The translations under genes and the position numbers were made by a program. 56,154 nucleotides of DNA from a virus: IMG/VR virus record IMGVR_UViG_3300045988_060580; one strand, 5' to 3'. This document shows, one piece after another, positions 25,284 to 35,221 of this stretch. The notes beneath the pieces were generated by a model that had not been told where the DNA came from, did not search any database, and worked only from the letters and a program-made list of their open reading frames with translations. Each line of letters opens with the position of its first letter. Position 1 is the first letter of the stretch.

Positions 25284-25623
25284 AGACGGAAGAAAGTTAA
25301 TAATATAGCTTATCTTCCAAGTGTTGCATAAGAATAGAAATATCTTATGGCAATCGGGCAAAATCGGTGAAGGCTAAAGTTTTCAACTATGCTAATACCG
25401 AGATAACTCAATAGATTACGAACAGGCTATTGAGTATCGTAACGAGTAGGAATTGAATAAATATAATATTCCCAAGAGTGTCCGACACTACTGTATATAG
25501 GACAGTATGAGGCGGAAGTGGCTACCACCAAACCAAACATAATGATGTGGGTGATAATGTACTCTGAACTTATAGGAAACTATAAGAAGTATAGGATAAA
25601 GAGCCTATACGATAACAAATTTG
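25284..25623 (+). ncRNA. ORF-less 340-nt structured insert in the tape-measure gene (candidate group I intron)
   Basis: Removing it restores the frame and a conserved motif. The 5' exon ends in U and the insert ends in G. Hairpins at 25407..25434, 25477..25489, 25490..25506, 25569..25586 (GAAA loop) and 25589..25610. Confidence 0.55.
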
Positions 25624-27678
25624 ACAATCAACTCCCCAAGTAATATGTTACGCCAGTTCGGTAACAATATGAAAGAGGTAGGAATGGTAGCAGGACAGCT
25701 ATTTATCCCAATTCTTTCAAAGGTTATGCCAGTTGTAAACGGCGTTACTATTGCTATAAAAAGATTATTAGTCAATCTTGCTTCTTTAATGGGCGTTAAG
25801 ATTGATTTTGAGAGCTTTGGACAAAGTGGATATAAAGACACATCAGACGGCTTAGAAGATATTTCAAGCGGCTACCAAGATGTAGCTGATTCAGCTAAGA
25901 AAGCTACATTATCCCTTATGGGATTTGATGAAATAAATAAATTACAGGACGATACAAGCTCAAGCAAGGGTTCAAGCGGTGGTGGCGGTAGCACTATTGA
26001 TTTGACAGATGATATCGCTAAGGCGGCGGCTGATTATGAAGCGGCATGGAATAAAGCATTTGCCAATATGGAAAATTCAGCGGTTGCTTGGGCTGATAAG
26101 ATAGAGAAAGCACTTGAACCTGTTAGGAAGATATTTAAAGATTTTGCAATCGGGGATTTCTATGCAGCAGGACAAGATACATCTAACCTTGTGGCAGGAA
26201 TTTTTAATTGGTTTGCAAAGGCTATAGATGATGTTCCTTGGTATACAATTGGACATAATATAGGAGAGTATTTAGCCGGACTTAATTGGCTTGAAATATT
26301 TTCAAGCCTTGGCAATGTGTTATGGCAAGCCATTAAAGCAGCTATCGAATTATGGAGTGGTTCATTTACGGCAGCACCAATCGAAACAACCTTAATAACG
26401 GCTATAGCAGCATTAAAATTTACAGGCTTAGGAAGTGTTTTGAAAAAGAAACTTGTTACAGTAATAGGGACAAGTATTAAAGGTGCTTTAAAATCATTCG
26501 GAACAGGTAGTATAATATCAGGAATAGGTGGATTACTTACAACAGATATAGGCACTATTATAGGAGCAGGAACAGCAACAGAAATAGGCTTAACTATAGG
26601 TGCTGGAATAGTAGGTGGAATAGTAGCTGCTATTGCTGGATTTAATTTAGGCAATTGGCTCAATGAAAAATTAACAGGTGAGAAAATAGATATGTCAATG
26701 TTCGACCAATTAGCATATCTTATAAAAGCACCATTTGAAGATTTACCTAGCTTTATTGACGGAGTGATAGAAACTATCACATTCGGGCATAAAGATGATA
26801 TAGCAAATTGGTGGACTGCAAGTGTTGCACCTTGGTTTACTAAGGAAAAATGGGGAGAACTGGGAGACAACATAAAAACATCTTTAAGCGAAAAATGGAA
26901 CAGTTTTTCAGATTGGTGGGGCAATACAGCTATTGTTAGCTGGTGGAATAATAATGTTGCACCGTGGTTTGAAAAAGAAACATGGGTTGACGCTGTTGAT
27001 GGAATGAAATTAGGAATACAAGAAAAATGGGATTCAATCGTTGGTTGGTGGAACAGTCTTGCAATTGTTTCTTGGTGGAGCAATGATGTGAGACCGTGGT
27101 TTACTAAGGAAAAATGGGAAAACTTAGCTGACGGAATTAAAAAAGGTATTCAAGGGAAGTGGGATGATGTTGTAGATTGGTGGGATAGCAAACCAGCACT
27201 TCAACGCATTTCTGTAGCTATCGAAGATTTTAAAACTAAGATACAGAACGCTTGGAACAGCTTTAAGCAGTGGTGGAATGATTTAGGACTTGAATTTCCA
27301 CACATTGATACACCACACTTTAAGATTGACGGAGAATTTAGTCTTGCACCGCCTAAAGTACCAAAAGTCAGTATTGATTGGTATGCAAACGGCGGATTCC
27401 CAGGCAAAGGACAATTGTTTGTCGCAAACGAAGTTGGACCCGAAATGGTTGGTACTATGGACGGAAGAACAGCAGTAGCCAATCAGCAGGAAATCACAAC
27501 AGGTATTGCCAACGCAGTTTATCCAGCGGTTTACAATGCAGTTGTAGCGGCTATGTCAGAAGCTAACAACAATGTAAACATAACATTACAAGGTGACGCA
27601 GATAAGCTGTTTACAATGGTACAAGATAAAGCTAATAACTATACTAATATGACAGGGCAAGCAGCCTTTCCGTATTGA
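25624..27678 (+). CDS. Tape measure protein, exon 2
   Basis: Begins TINSPSNMLRQFGNN. Contains Gly-rich TM segments and W-rich repeats (WW.N.V.PWF.KEKW). Confidence 0.75.
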   Translation, partial: TINSPSNMLRQFGNNMKEVGMVAGQLFIPILSKVMPVVNGVTIAIKRLLVNLASLMGVKIDFESFGQSGYKDTSDGLEDISSGYQDVADSAKKATLSLMGFDEINKLQDDTSSSKGSSGGGGSTIDLTDDIAKAAADYEAAWNKAFANMENSAVAWADKIEKALEPVRKIFKDFAIGDFYAAGQDTSNLVAGIFNWFAKAIDDVPWYTIGHNIGEYLAGLNWLEIFSSLGNVLWQAIKAAIELWSGSFTAAPIETTLITAIAALKFTGLGSVLKKKLVTVIGTSIKGALKSFGTGSIISGIGGLLTTDIGTIIGAGTATEIGLTIGAGIVGGIVAAIAGFNLGNWLNEKLTGEKIDMSMFDQLAYLIKAPFEDLPSFIDGVIETITFGHKDDIANWWTASVAPWFTKEKWGELGDNIKTSLSEKWNSFSDWWGNTAIVSWWNNNVAPWFEKETWVDAVDGMKLGIQEKWDSIVGWWNSLAIVSWWSNDVRPWFTKEKWENLADGIKKGIQGKWDDVVDWWDSKPALQRISVAIEDFKTKIQNAWNSFKQWWNDLGLEFPHIDTPHFKIDGEFSLAPPKVPKVSIDWYANGGFPGKGQLFVANEVGPEMVGTMDGRTAVANQQEITTGIANAVYPAVYNAVVAAMSEANNNVNITLQGDADKLFTMVQDKANNYTNMTGQAAFPY

Positions 27679-27738
27679 TAAGATAAAAGTATTGTGTTAT
27701 TCTTTTACTATATATAAAAAGCAAAGGGGTAACGCAAT

Positions 27739-28371
27739 ATGGGAGATAAGAAACAGAAAAAGAAAGATAGTAAACTTAGCATAGTGGCAGCGGTTATGGC
27801 ACTTTTTACTTTTACAATTCCAGTAGCACTTATATTAGCTATTGTGGATTTGACTAAAAGCAAAGGGAATAGGTCACAAAGGCATTTAGGTTCTTATTTT
27901 GCAATTATATTTTCGATATTAATGTTAATAGTAGTAATTGACAGAAATGGAAATAATAACAATGCAGACGGTATAAATGTCACTAAACAAGCTGCTACAA
28001 CAGAACAGAACACAGATACAGTTACATATGATAATACAACGCTTAAATATCTTAAGCATGATGTAATTACAGATAGCAATGACAGAGAAGTTCTTGTTGT
28101 TTATTTTGACTTTGCAAACAATTCAGAAGATAACACAGCCTTTGCATATAATTATAATGTTACATGTTTTCAGAACGGCAAAGAACTCGACTATCCGTTA
28201 GTTAGTTTTGACATTGACGAATACAATAATATTGCAAGAGAATTACAGACAGGTACAAATATTACAGTTGCAAGGATATATATACTAGAAGATAAAAGCA
28301 ATGTTGATTTAGAAGTAACGCCACTGGGAGACAATAAAAAACTTATGAAATTAACATTAGAATTACAGTAG
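27739..28371 (+). CDS. Membrane-anchored beta-rich protein (DUF4352/DUF5067-like), moron
   Basis: Two N-terminal TM helices. The C-terminal pattern VVYFDFANNSEDN...ARIYILED is typical of these Ig-like domains. Confidence 0.55.
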   Translation: MGDKKQKKKDSKLSIVAAVMALFTFTIPVALILAIVDLTKSKGNRSQRHLGSYFAIIFSILMLIVVIDRNGNNNNADGINVTKQAATTEQNTDTVTYDNTTLKYLKHDVITDSNDREVLVVYFDFANNSEDNTAFAYNYNVTCFQNGKELDYPLVSFDIDEYNNIARELQTGTNITVARIYILEDKSNVDLEVTPLGDNKKLMKLTLELQ

Positions 28372-28382
28372 AGGAAATATGT

Positions 28383-28727
28383 ATGTCAGTGAAAAAAGAT
28401 TTAGCTGGAATGCTAGAAGCAATAGGGATAAAGAAAAAGCAACAGCCACAAGTTCAACAACCGTTGAATCCCAGCTTCAAAGGAGTGTACAGAGCGACGG
28501 AAAACGGATTGGTTGAAGTATATTGTCCAAGATGTAGTAGTTGGGATTGTTCTCACACGCAGATTACAACAACTGTACCGCAGAAATCCAAAACAAGATA
28601 TACTGTTAATCTGAATCCTTTAAGACCGTTTACACTGGTTAATAAGAAAGAGAAGATTAAGCAACAGGGCGGAACTTATTCACAACATAGGTTTGTGTGT
28701 AACAGATGTGGGCTGATTTTTTGGTAA
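28383..28727 (+). CDS. Zinc-ribbon protein, moron
   Basis: CPRC....CNRC pairs. Followed by two hairpin terminators (28734..28768 and 28836..28872). Confidence 0.5.
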   Translation: MSVKKDLAGMLEAIGIKKKQQPQVQQPLNPSFKGVYRATENGLVEVYCPRCSSWDCSHTQITTTVPQKSKTRYTVNLNPLRPFTLVNKKEKIKQQGGTYSQHRFVCNRCGLIFW

Positions 28728-28892
28728 ACAAAAGGCTGTCAGCCCGACAACTGACAGCCAAAAGTTACAATACCGCTTAAACAAGCAGTACAGACATTAT
28801 ATAACACTAATTGAATTAATGCAATAGAAATATTAAGGAATGTATCAGAAATGGTGCATTCCTTTTTTAATGCCTTGAAAGGGGTGGTTTGA

Positions 28893-29264
28893 TTGATTGA
28901 CGCAGTTGTGATTGAGGGAGTTAGGTTCCCAGTGGCATATAACGGCTACACATACAGTAGGAATAAGATATGGTCTAAAAATACAGGAAGAAATGATTAC
29001 GGAGAAATGGTAGGCACAATCGTGGATATCAAAGACAAAGTTGAGCTTCAATTACCGCCATTAACAGGTGAACAGGCACTATTGCTTGATAATGTAGTAA
29101 GCGACGTAGATAACCCATTCCCAACAGCACAAGTCCTATTTTTAGGAGGTACGCAAAAAGAAATGACAATATACACAGGAGATGTGACATATCCGTATCT
29201 CACAAGGGCGAAGAATGAGGACGGACTAATAGTCGGAGCAAAATTAAGTTTAATTCAGAAATAA
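28893..29264 (+). CDS. Small tail component (TTG start)
   Basis: RBS aaaggggtgg. Located between the tape-measure and tail-tip genes. Confidence 0.45.
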   Translation: MIDAVVIEGVRFPVAYNGYTYSRNKIWSKNTGRNDYGEMVGTIVDIKDKVELQLPPLTGEQALLLDNVVSDVDNPFPTAQVLFLGGTQKEMTIYTGDVTYPYLTRAKNEDGLIVGAKLSLIQK

Positions 29265-29277
29265 AGGAGAGTTCCAC

Positions 29278-29661
29278 ATGAAACTTAAAACGAGTGAGTT
29301 AATAGACAGATTCCAGAGCTTAAGTAACATATCGCATGACAAGACTACAGGCAGAATTGCTATGGCTGTTATGTGCAATATTAAGGCATTGGAAGAACTG
29401 TACAAAGCAACATTACAGACCATAGAAGATACTAAGGCTAAGTATGCAGATAAGGACGACAGTGGTAATCCAGTTATCAACGATAATCAGTATCAGGTTA
29501 CATCAGAGAACTTAAAGAAGTTACAGGAAGAATTGCAAGAAATCAATGAGCAAGAGATTGAAGTGCCTGACACGACAATGCTTCCTATGGACGCATTCGA
29601 TAAATGCGAAGAAATTACACCAGCTAAATTATACTCAATCGAGTTTATGATATCACATTAA
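29278..29661 (+). CDS. Tail-module hypothetical protein
   Basis: RBS aaaggag. Confidence 0.5.
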   Translation: MKLKTSELIDRFQSLSNISHDKTTGRIAMAVMCNIKALEELYKATLQTIEDTKAKYADKDDSGNPVINDNQYQVTSENLKKLQEELQEINEQEIEVPDTTMLPMDAFDKCEEITPAKLYSIEFMISH

Positions 29662-29684
29662 TTAATCAATAAAGGCGGTGTAGA

Positions 29685-32600
29685 ATGAAGATATTAGACA
29701 CAGCTATGACAGAGATTGTTAAGGGAAATAGTGCAAGATACTATTCTAAGTATGTTGTTGAAGGAAAAGAATATATCGAAGCACTCAACAATTTCAAGTT
29801 TCAAAACATAATAAATCCCAATAATGAAATTACGATAGGTAACACTTGCAGTAGCGGTGTTACCTTTTCTATTTATATGCCAGCAATAAGCCTTGAAAAT
29901 AAGGAAATTACCATATTTGAAGGTGTTAAGGTTGGCACAGAAATTAAGTATATTAAGTTGGGAATATTTACAGTTACTAAGCAGACAAGTGACGGAGAAT
30001 ACACAAACTATGAAGCATACGACAGAATGTATAAGGCTGATATGCCTTACTTCTCGGACATGACATTTCCTAGTACAGATAAAGCTATTCTTAATGAGAT
30101 ATGTGGCAAGTTAGGGATATCTTTAGCAACAAATATAGTTACAGCACATACTATCAGCGACAAGCCACAAGGATATACCTATAGAGAAATTATCGGTTAT
30201 ATGGCTATGCTACAAGGCTGTAATGCAGTAATTAATTCTGACGGAAACCTTGAATTAAGGTGGTATAAAGATAGTGGATATGTACTTGACGGACATAAGT
30301 ATTATCAGCAGGGCGTTACATTCACAACGAGTAAAGATTTTATTATACAGAAGCTGACTTGCAACAATACCAAAAGCGGTTCTACAGAACAAAGTCAGAT
30401 TACTTCTGGTGACGGAGCGACAGGACTTAGTTTTGCCAATCCGTTTATGACGCAAGCAATTCTTGATGAAGTCTATAAAAAGATAGGTGGTTTTACATTT
30501 AGACCGCTTACAGTTAAGTTTGTCGGTGATTACCGACTAGAAGTTGGTGACATTATAACTGTCAACAAGGGTGGCGTTGATTACAAAGTGCCTATAATGC
30601 AGATTACACACGAATGTGATGGCGGCTTAATGGATACCGTTACATCTATAGGTCAATCTGACACAGAGAATACAAGCGTTGCTTCTGGTCCTGTCACTAA
30701 GCAAATGGAACGGTACTATGCCGACTTGATACTTGTAAATAAAGCGCTTATTAATAAACTATCTGTTGATGAAGCTGATATCAGATACGCAAGCATTGAA
30801 ACCTTAAAGGCTGTTAATGCTAATATTGACAACCTTAAAACAAATAAACTAGATGCAACATATGCAGATATCATTAATGCTAATGTGGAAAGCCTTAAGG
30901 CTGTTAATGCGGACATTGCAAATCTTAAAGTAGATTATGAAAAAGTTGGCATACTTGACGCAAGTGTAGCTGATATCAAGACATTAATATTCGGTTCAGC
31001 AACAGGAACAACAATAACAACGGATTTCTCTAATTCTGTTATTGCTGTTTTGGGAGAAGCGCAGATTAAGTCAGCAATGATTGATAGTCTTGATGCAAGC
31101 AAAATCACAGCACTTGACATTAATACTACTAATGTACTTGTTCACAGCGAAGATGGCAAGTCACAGTGGAAAGACAATACAATTCAAATATCTGACAGCA
31201 ATAGGGTTAGGGTTCAGATAGGTAAAGACGCTAATTCAGATTACAACATGTATATCTGGGATAAATCCGGCAATTTGATGTTTGACGCTATTGGATTAAC
31301 AGACAAAGGTATTCAACGACAGGTTATCCGTGATGATATGGTTAAGGATAATGCTGATATTGCCGCAAGCAAGTTGAATATAGAATCGCTGTTCAATGTT
31401 ATCAACAATGATGGTTCACACACGCTTAATTCAACGAAGATATATGTTGATAGTGAACAGCAAACCCTTGATAGCGTATTCAAGAGTATTCAGACAACCG
31501 TTGGCGGCAATTCTACATTATGGGGTTCAGCCATTAAGCAATCCAAAGATTTCATTGACCAGAAGTTGTGGTGGACTGATATTCGTAATGGAGAATCCAT
31601 CGAAAGCAAATTCAATACAGTTACAAGTACGCTTGATAGCTTCGGTGTGCAAATAGGAGATGTTTACAAGCAACTCAACGATGATTTCAAGGTATATCAG
31701 GTGACATACGAGCCGACTAAGGATAATTATCCAGCTAATGAGTGGAGTGTACCTATATATCCAAGCGATGATAGATACCCTAGTGATAGCACATGGGAAT
31801 ACACAGAAGCAGAATATGATAATTATGTAGGTATTATAGCGTATTGGGAAGCACAGAACAGAGCGTGGCGTTGGATTAAAAAAATAGACGGAACGCACGG
31901 TTGGAAAGAAATATCTTCAACCGAAATCGCTTATCTTCTTAATCAAAATGCCGCGTTAAAGGTGAACCTTAATACAATCAGCTCTGAATTAAGTAAGACA
32001 CAGATTGATATAAGAGACAACTATAGCACCACTGTACAAGTTAATAATGCTATTACACAGGCAATTAGTGCAGAGAGCAATAGTATAAAGTTGGAAGTCT
32101 CTAATAATTATGCCACTAAGAAGAGTCTTGAAAGTTATGCCACAAATGAAAGCCTTAAAAGCTATGCTACATCAGCAAGCCTTGATTTGTACATCAAGAA
32201 AGACCCAACAAGCGGAGAACTTAAATCTGCAATTGAAGCTATTGCAGATGATATTACACTTAAAGCTAAAGGCACAATTAATATTAGTGGTAATAAGTCT
32301 GTTAATATCAATGGTAATCTGTTCACGCTTACATCTACTAATACTACTATTTCAGCAGATGGTTCGATAGACTGTAAGAAGCTAAAAGCTGTTGATGCTG
32401 ATTTAGAAGGCACATTTAAAAATGTAAATGTAACTGACGGAGGTATTACAATGACCACTACTATTATTGGTGGTGAATACCTTATGAAAAGCAGTACAGG
32501 TGCATTTTTACAGATACAAGGACACTACATTGAAATGTCAAATGATGATGGTTCAGGAACGAACTGGATATTAAGTAGAAGCGAATGTGTTTTTAATGAC

Positions 32601-32765
32601 TATTTAAATGTTAAGCTATATCACCCTTCACTTAAAAACTATATGCGACCTGCTTTGTCTATGAGCAATCCAGTAACATTTGATTGGAGCGGAAGCGTTT
32701 TAACTATATATGTTGACGATGTAGCTGTCGCTACATGGGATTGGGCACAAAAAAATTGGTATTAA
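29685..32765 (+). CDS. Tail tip / tail fibre protein (1026 aa) with coiled-coil repeats
   Basis: Size, position and internal LKAVNA(N/D)I.NLK repeats. Confidence 0.7.
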   Translation: MKILDTAMTEIVKGNSARYYSKYVVEGKEYIEALNNFKFQNIINPNNEITIGNTCSSGVTFSIYMPAISLENKEITIFEGVKVGTEIKYIKLGIFTVTKQTSDGEYTNYEAYDRMYKADMPYFSDMTFPSTDKAILNEICGKLGISLATNIVTAHTISDKPQGYTYREIIGYMAMLQGCNAVINSDGNLELRWYKDSGYVLDGHKYYQQGVTFTTSKDFIIQKLTCNNTKSGSTEQSQITSGDGATGLSFANPFMTQAILDEVYKKIGGFTFRPLTVKFVGDYRLEVGDIITVNKGGVDYKVPIMQITHECDGGLMDTVTSIGQSDTENTSVASGPVTKQMERYYADLILVNKALINKLSVDEADIRYASIETLKAVNANIDNLKTNKLDATYADIINANVESLKAVNADIANLKVDYEKVGILDASVADIKTLIFGSATGTTITTDFSNSVIAVLGEAQIKSAMIDSLDASKITALDINTTNVLVHSEDGKSQWKDNTIQISDSNRVRVQIGKDANSDYNMYIWDKSGNLMFDAIGLTDKGIQRQVIRDDMVKDNADIAASKLNIESLFNVINNDGSHTLNSTKIYVDSEQQTLDSVFKSIQTTVGGNSTLWGSAIKQSKDFIDQKLWWTDIRNGESIESKFNTVTSTLDSFGVQIGDVYKQLNDDFKVYQVTYEPTKDNYPANEWSVPIYPSDDRYPSDSTWEYTEAEYDNYVGIIAYWEAQNRAWRWIKKIDGTHGWKEISSTEIAYLLNQNAALKVNLNTISSELSKTQIDIRDNYSTTVQVNNAITQAISAESNSIKLEVSNNYATKKSLESYATNESLKSYATSASLDLYIKKDPTSGELKSAIEAIADDITLKAKGTINISGNKSVNINGNLFTLTSTNTTISADGSIDCKKLKAVDADLEGTFKNVNVTDGGITMTTTIIGGEYLMKSSTGAFLQIQGHYIEMSNDDGSGTNWILSRSECVFNDYLNVKLYHPSLKNYMRPALSMSNPVTFDWSGSVLTIYVDDVAVATWDWAQKNWY

Positions 32766-32794
32766 ATCTGCACAGCGGTAGAAAGGAAAACAAT

Positions 32795-33061
32795 ATGTTA
32801 AGTATAACAAAGACAACAAACTTAAGCGGAACATCAGTGATTAATGGTCAATCAGCCATGACAATGTATGCGGCTGTGCCGGAAACTGGTTCACTGACAA
32901 TTAGTCAGACAATTACTAACAAGGAATTATACCTTGCAAATCAGACACAATGTGATAATGATTATGAGAATTTTAAATCAGAAGTCAATAAGCTGCTAAA
33001 GAGTGAACAGCAGACAATTGATTCAGATACGATAAACGCAGTAGGAACAGTAACAGAGTAA
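32795..33061 (+). CDS. Small tail-associated protein
   Basis: RBS gaaaggaaaa. Followed by a terminator hairpin. Confidence 0.45.
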   Translation: MLSITKTTNLSGTSVINGQSAMTMYAAVPETGSLTISQTITNKELYLANQTQCDNDYENFKSEVNKLLKSEQQTIDSDTINAVGTVTE

Positions 33062-33115
33062 ATCATCAGAGAGTGTGGGTTTAAGCCTGCACTCTTATTT
33101 TTTAGGAGGCAAATT

Positions 33116-33709
33116 ATGAGCTTAACTGGATTTCTTTCGTACAGCCGTGTAAACTGGCAACAATCGCCAAGCAAAAGTACTCCCTGGAATGCAACAAACT
33201 TAAATATAATGGACGCAGGAATTAAGAATAACAATGACATGATTAGCAATATTCGTGACGAGATTACACAATTAAACAGCAATATTGACGTTAAAAACTC
33301 TTTTTGCAAAAATATTGCAAGTATAAATGGTACTCTTGAAGGTTATGGCTACAATTATTGCTATTATAACAAATCTACTAAAACAGGGATTTTATACTTT
33401 GCTTCAAAAATTGAAACACCAGATTCTGCACAGAATAATTTTACAGGATATTATGACATAGAAACAGTTCTTGAAAATATGGGTATTACTAACTTTAATA
33501 AAATATTGGAAAGCAATTATATTCCTTATGATGCCACAGGTGTAGTTCGAGCAAAGTTGATAGGCTATGGAGCGACATTATTATATAGCTCTGCAAGTCA
33601 GCATTATGCTTTTGCTCGATATTATACAAAAGATGGTAATAAAGGAGCATGGGCTACAAGTGAATTCCAAAAGGGTGATTATATTATAGGCTCACTTATA
33701 TTTAGTTAA
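33116..33709 (+). CDS. Receptor-binding/tail fibre tip-like protein
   Basis: AGGAGG RBS. The N-terminal motif W....S.STPWNATNLNIMDAGI is typical of Firmicutes phage fibre proteins. Confidence 0.5.
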   Translation: MSLTGFLSYSRVNWQQSPSKSTPWNATNLNIMDAGIKNNNDMISNIRDEITQLNSNIDVKNSFCKNIASINGTLEGYGYNYCYYNKSTKTGILYFASKIETPDSAQNNFTGYYDIETVLENMGITNFNKILESNYIPYDATGVVRAKLIGYGATLLYSSASQHYAFARYYTKDGNKGAWATSEFQKGDYIIGSLIFS

Positions 33710-33898
33710 GTTTCAGATACTGTCTTAGTAATTGCACCGGTGCATTTAATATTATTGCAGTTTAGTCGCGGAATGAGCAATTAGTAAGGTTGGCAGTGCT
33801 ACATAACATTAACAATATAATATTCGCAATCAAGCACCTTAGTGGAAACACTGGGGTGCTTTTTTGATACATATTTTTCTAAATTTAGGAGGTAATAT

Positions 33899-35179
33899 AT
33901 GAGTAAATTATTCGGAATTGACACATCAAGGTGGCAGGGAGACTTTGAATTCAAAAGTGCAAAGGATAATGAAGGTGTAGACTTTGCCATTATCAAGGCA
34001 GGCGGTGCTGATGATGGCTTATACGAAGATAGAGAGTTTGAAAACAGTTACAACAAACTGGAAAGTGCAGGAATCCACAAGGGAGCCTATTTCTTTGGCA
34101 ACGCATTAAGTGCTGATGAGGCTGTAAATGAAGCTAGATATTTTGCACAGCTTTTAGCAGGCAAATCATTCTGCTACCCAGTATTCTATGATGTTGAAGC
34201 AGGCATGGTTACTGGCAACGACCTTACGGACATTATTATGGCATTCCTTGATGAAATGAGAAATGCAGGATATAAGAATGTCGGCTTATACTCATATGAG
34301 AACTGCATTAACAATTATGTAGACATTTCAAGAGTAAAAGAAGCTGGTTATGCCGTTTGGGTAGCAAAGTATTCAGATGCAGAACCTAGAATTGCCGTTG
34401 ATTATGATATATGGCAGTTTGGCGGAAGTGTTAATTATCTTAGAGACACACAGATTAACGGACAGACAGTAGATCAGAACTATTGTTATACTGATTATTG
34501 CACAGACCATGTAGTTGAAGAAATCACAGTGCCAGACTATGAGCCAGTGCCAGACACTAAGTATCATAAAGGCGATACAGTTAAGGTTATTAACGCTATT
34601 CAGTACGATAATGGCGAGCCATTCAGCACTTACTATGATGAGTACAGTGTTTTATCAGCTAACGGCAGGAGAGTTGTTATCGGTGTTGACGGCGTAACTA
34701 CTGCTGCTATTGACGAGGATAACATCAGCCTTATCAAGTGTATTTATGACAATGACAATGATATCAACACAGATACAATAAGTCGTGGTGACGGCAAGAA
34801 AGTCAGAGTGCTTGATAACATTGATTATGACGGTGCAAGATTTGCGACATATTATGATGAATATGATGTAATTGAAGAAGATGGAGACAGAATTGTTATA
34901 GGTATCGGTACAACAATCACAGCCGCTGTCAATATTGTTAATCTTGAGTTTGTCGGCAGTGCAAGCTCTGATGACACACCTACTGATATCCCATTCAGTG
35001 AAGATATTGAAGAGGGTAGCACAGTGAGATTTGTCGGCGATACTGATTATGACGGCACACCTATTAAGGCTTGGTTTGATGAGTATAAAGCATCAGAAAG
35101 AAGCGGAGACAGAGTTGTGCTTGTGCATGACGGAGAATTATTCGCAGCGGTCAATGTAGCTGATTGTGAATTAGTCTAA
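33899..35179 (+). CDS. Endolysin: GH25 muramidase with three SH3-like cell-wall-binding repeats
   Basis: N-terminal GIDTSRWQG motif. Three C-terminal repeats of about 65 aa (G..V.V.....YDG..F..YYDEY.V....GDR.VIG). Confidence 0.85.
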   Translation: MSKLFGIDTSRWQGDFEFKSAKDNEGVDFAIIKAGGADDGLYEDREFENSYNKLESAGIHKGAYFFGNALSADEAVNEARYFAQLLAGKSFCYPVFYDVEAGMVTGNDLTDIIMAFLDEMRNAGYKNVGLYSYENCINNYVDISRVKEAGYAVWVAKYSDAEPRIAVDYDIWQFGGSVNYLRDTQINGQTVDQNYCYTDYCTDHVVEEITVPDYEPVPDTKYHKGDTVKVINAIQYDNGEPFSTYYDEYSVLSANGRRVVIGVDGVTTAAIDEDNISLIKCIYDNDNDINTDTISRGDGKKVRVLDNIDYDGARFATYYDEYDVIEEDGDRIVIGIGTTITAAVNIVNLEFVGSASSDDTPTDIPFSEDIEEGSTVRFVGDTDYDGTPIKAWFDEYKASERSGDRVVLVHDGELFAAVNVADCELV

Positions 35180-35192
35180 CCTTAATAAAAAT

Positions 35193-35215
35193 ACCGGGAG
35201 TGCAATGCTCCCGGT
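35193..35215. terminator. Bidirectional terminator between convergent genes
   Basis: Stem accgggag/ctcccggt flanked by A/T runs. Confidence 0.7.
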
Positions 35216-35221
35216 AATATT

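Noticed and set aside
25284-25623. Tape-measure split explained by a frameshift, translational bypass or two independent genes
   Set aside because: The gap is 340 nt with stops in all frames, too long for a hop or slip. The second ORF has no RBS or ATG at the point where conserved sequence resumes. The split falls inside a conserved motif. Splicing is the most economical reading, though it is unproven.
26160-27083. 307-aa ORF antisense to the tape-measure gene (plus similar antisense ORFs at 17483..18028, 41601..42128, 43406..43957 and 31527..31898)
   Set aside because: They lie opposite long, compositionally biased or coiled-coil genes. They have no RBS and give low-complexity translations. 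This is a typical shadow-ORF artefact.
33059-33118. In-frame open stretch after the TAA of 32795..33061, leading into 33116
   Set aside because: It spans only 18 codons and contains a clear hairpin-plus-T-run terminator and an AGGAGG RBS. This is an ordinary intergenic region.
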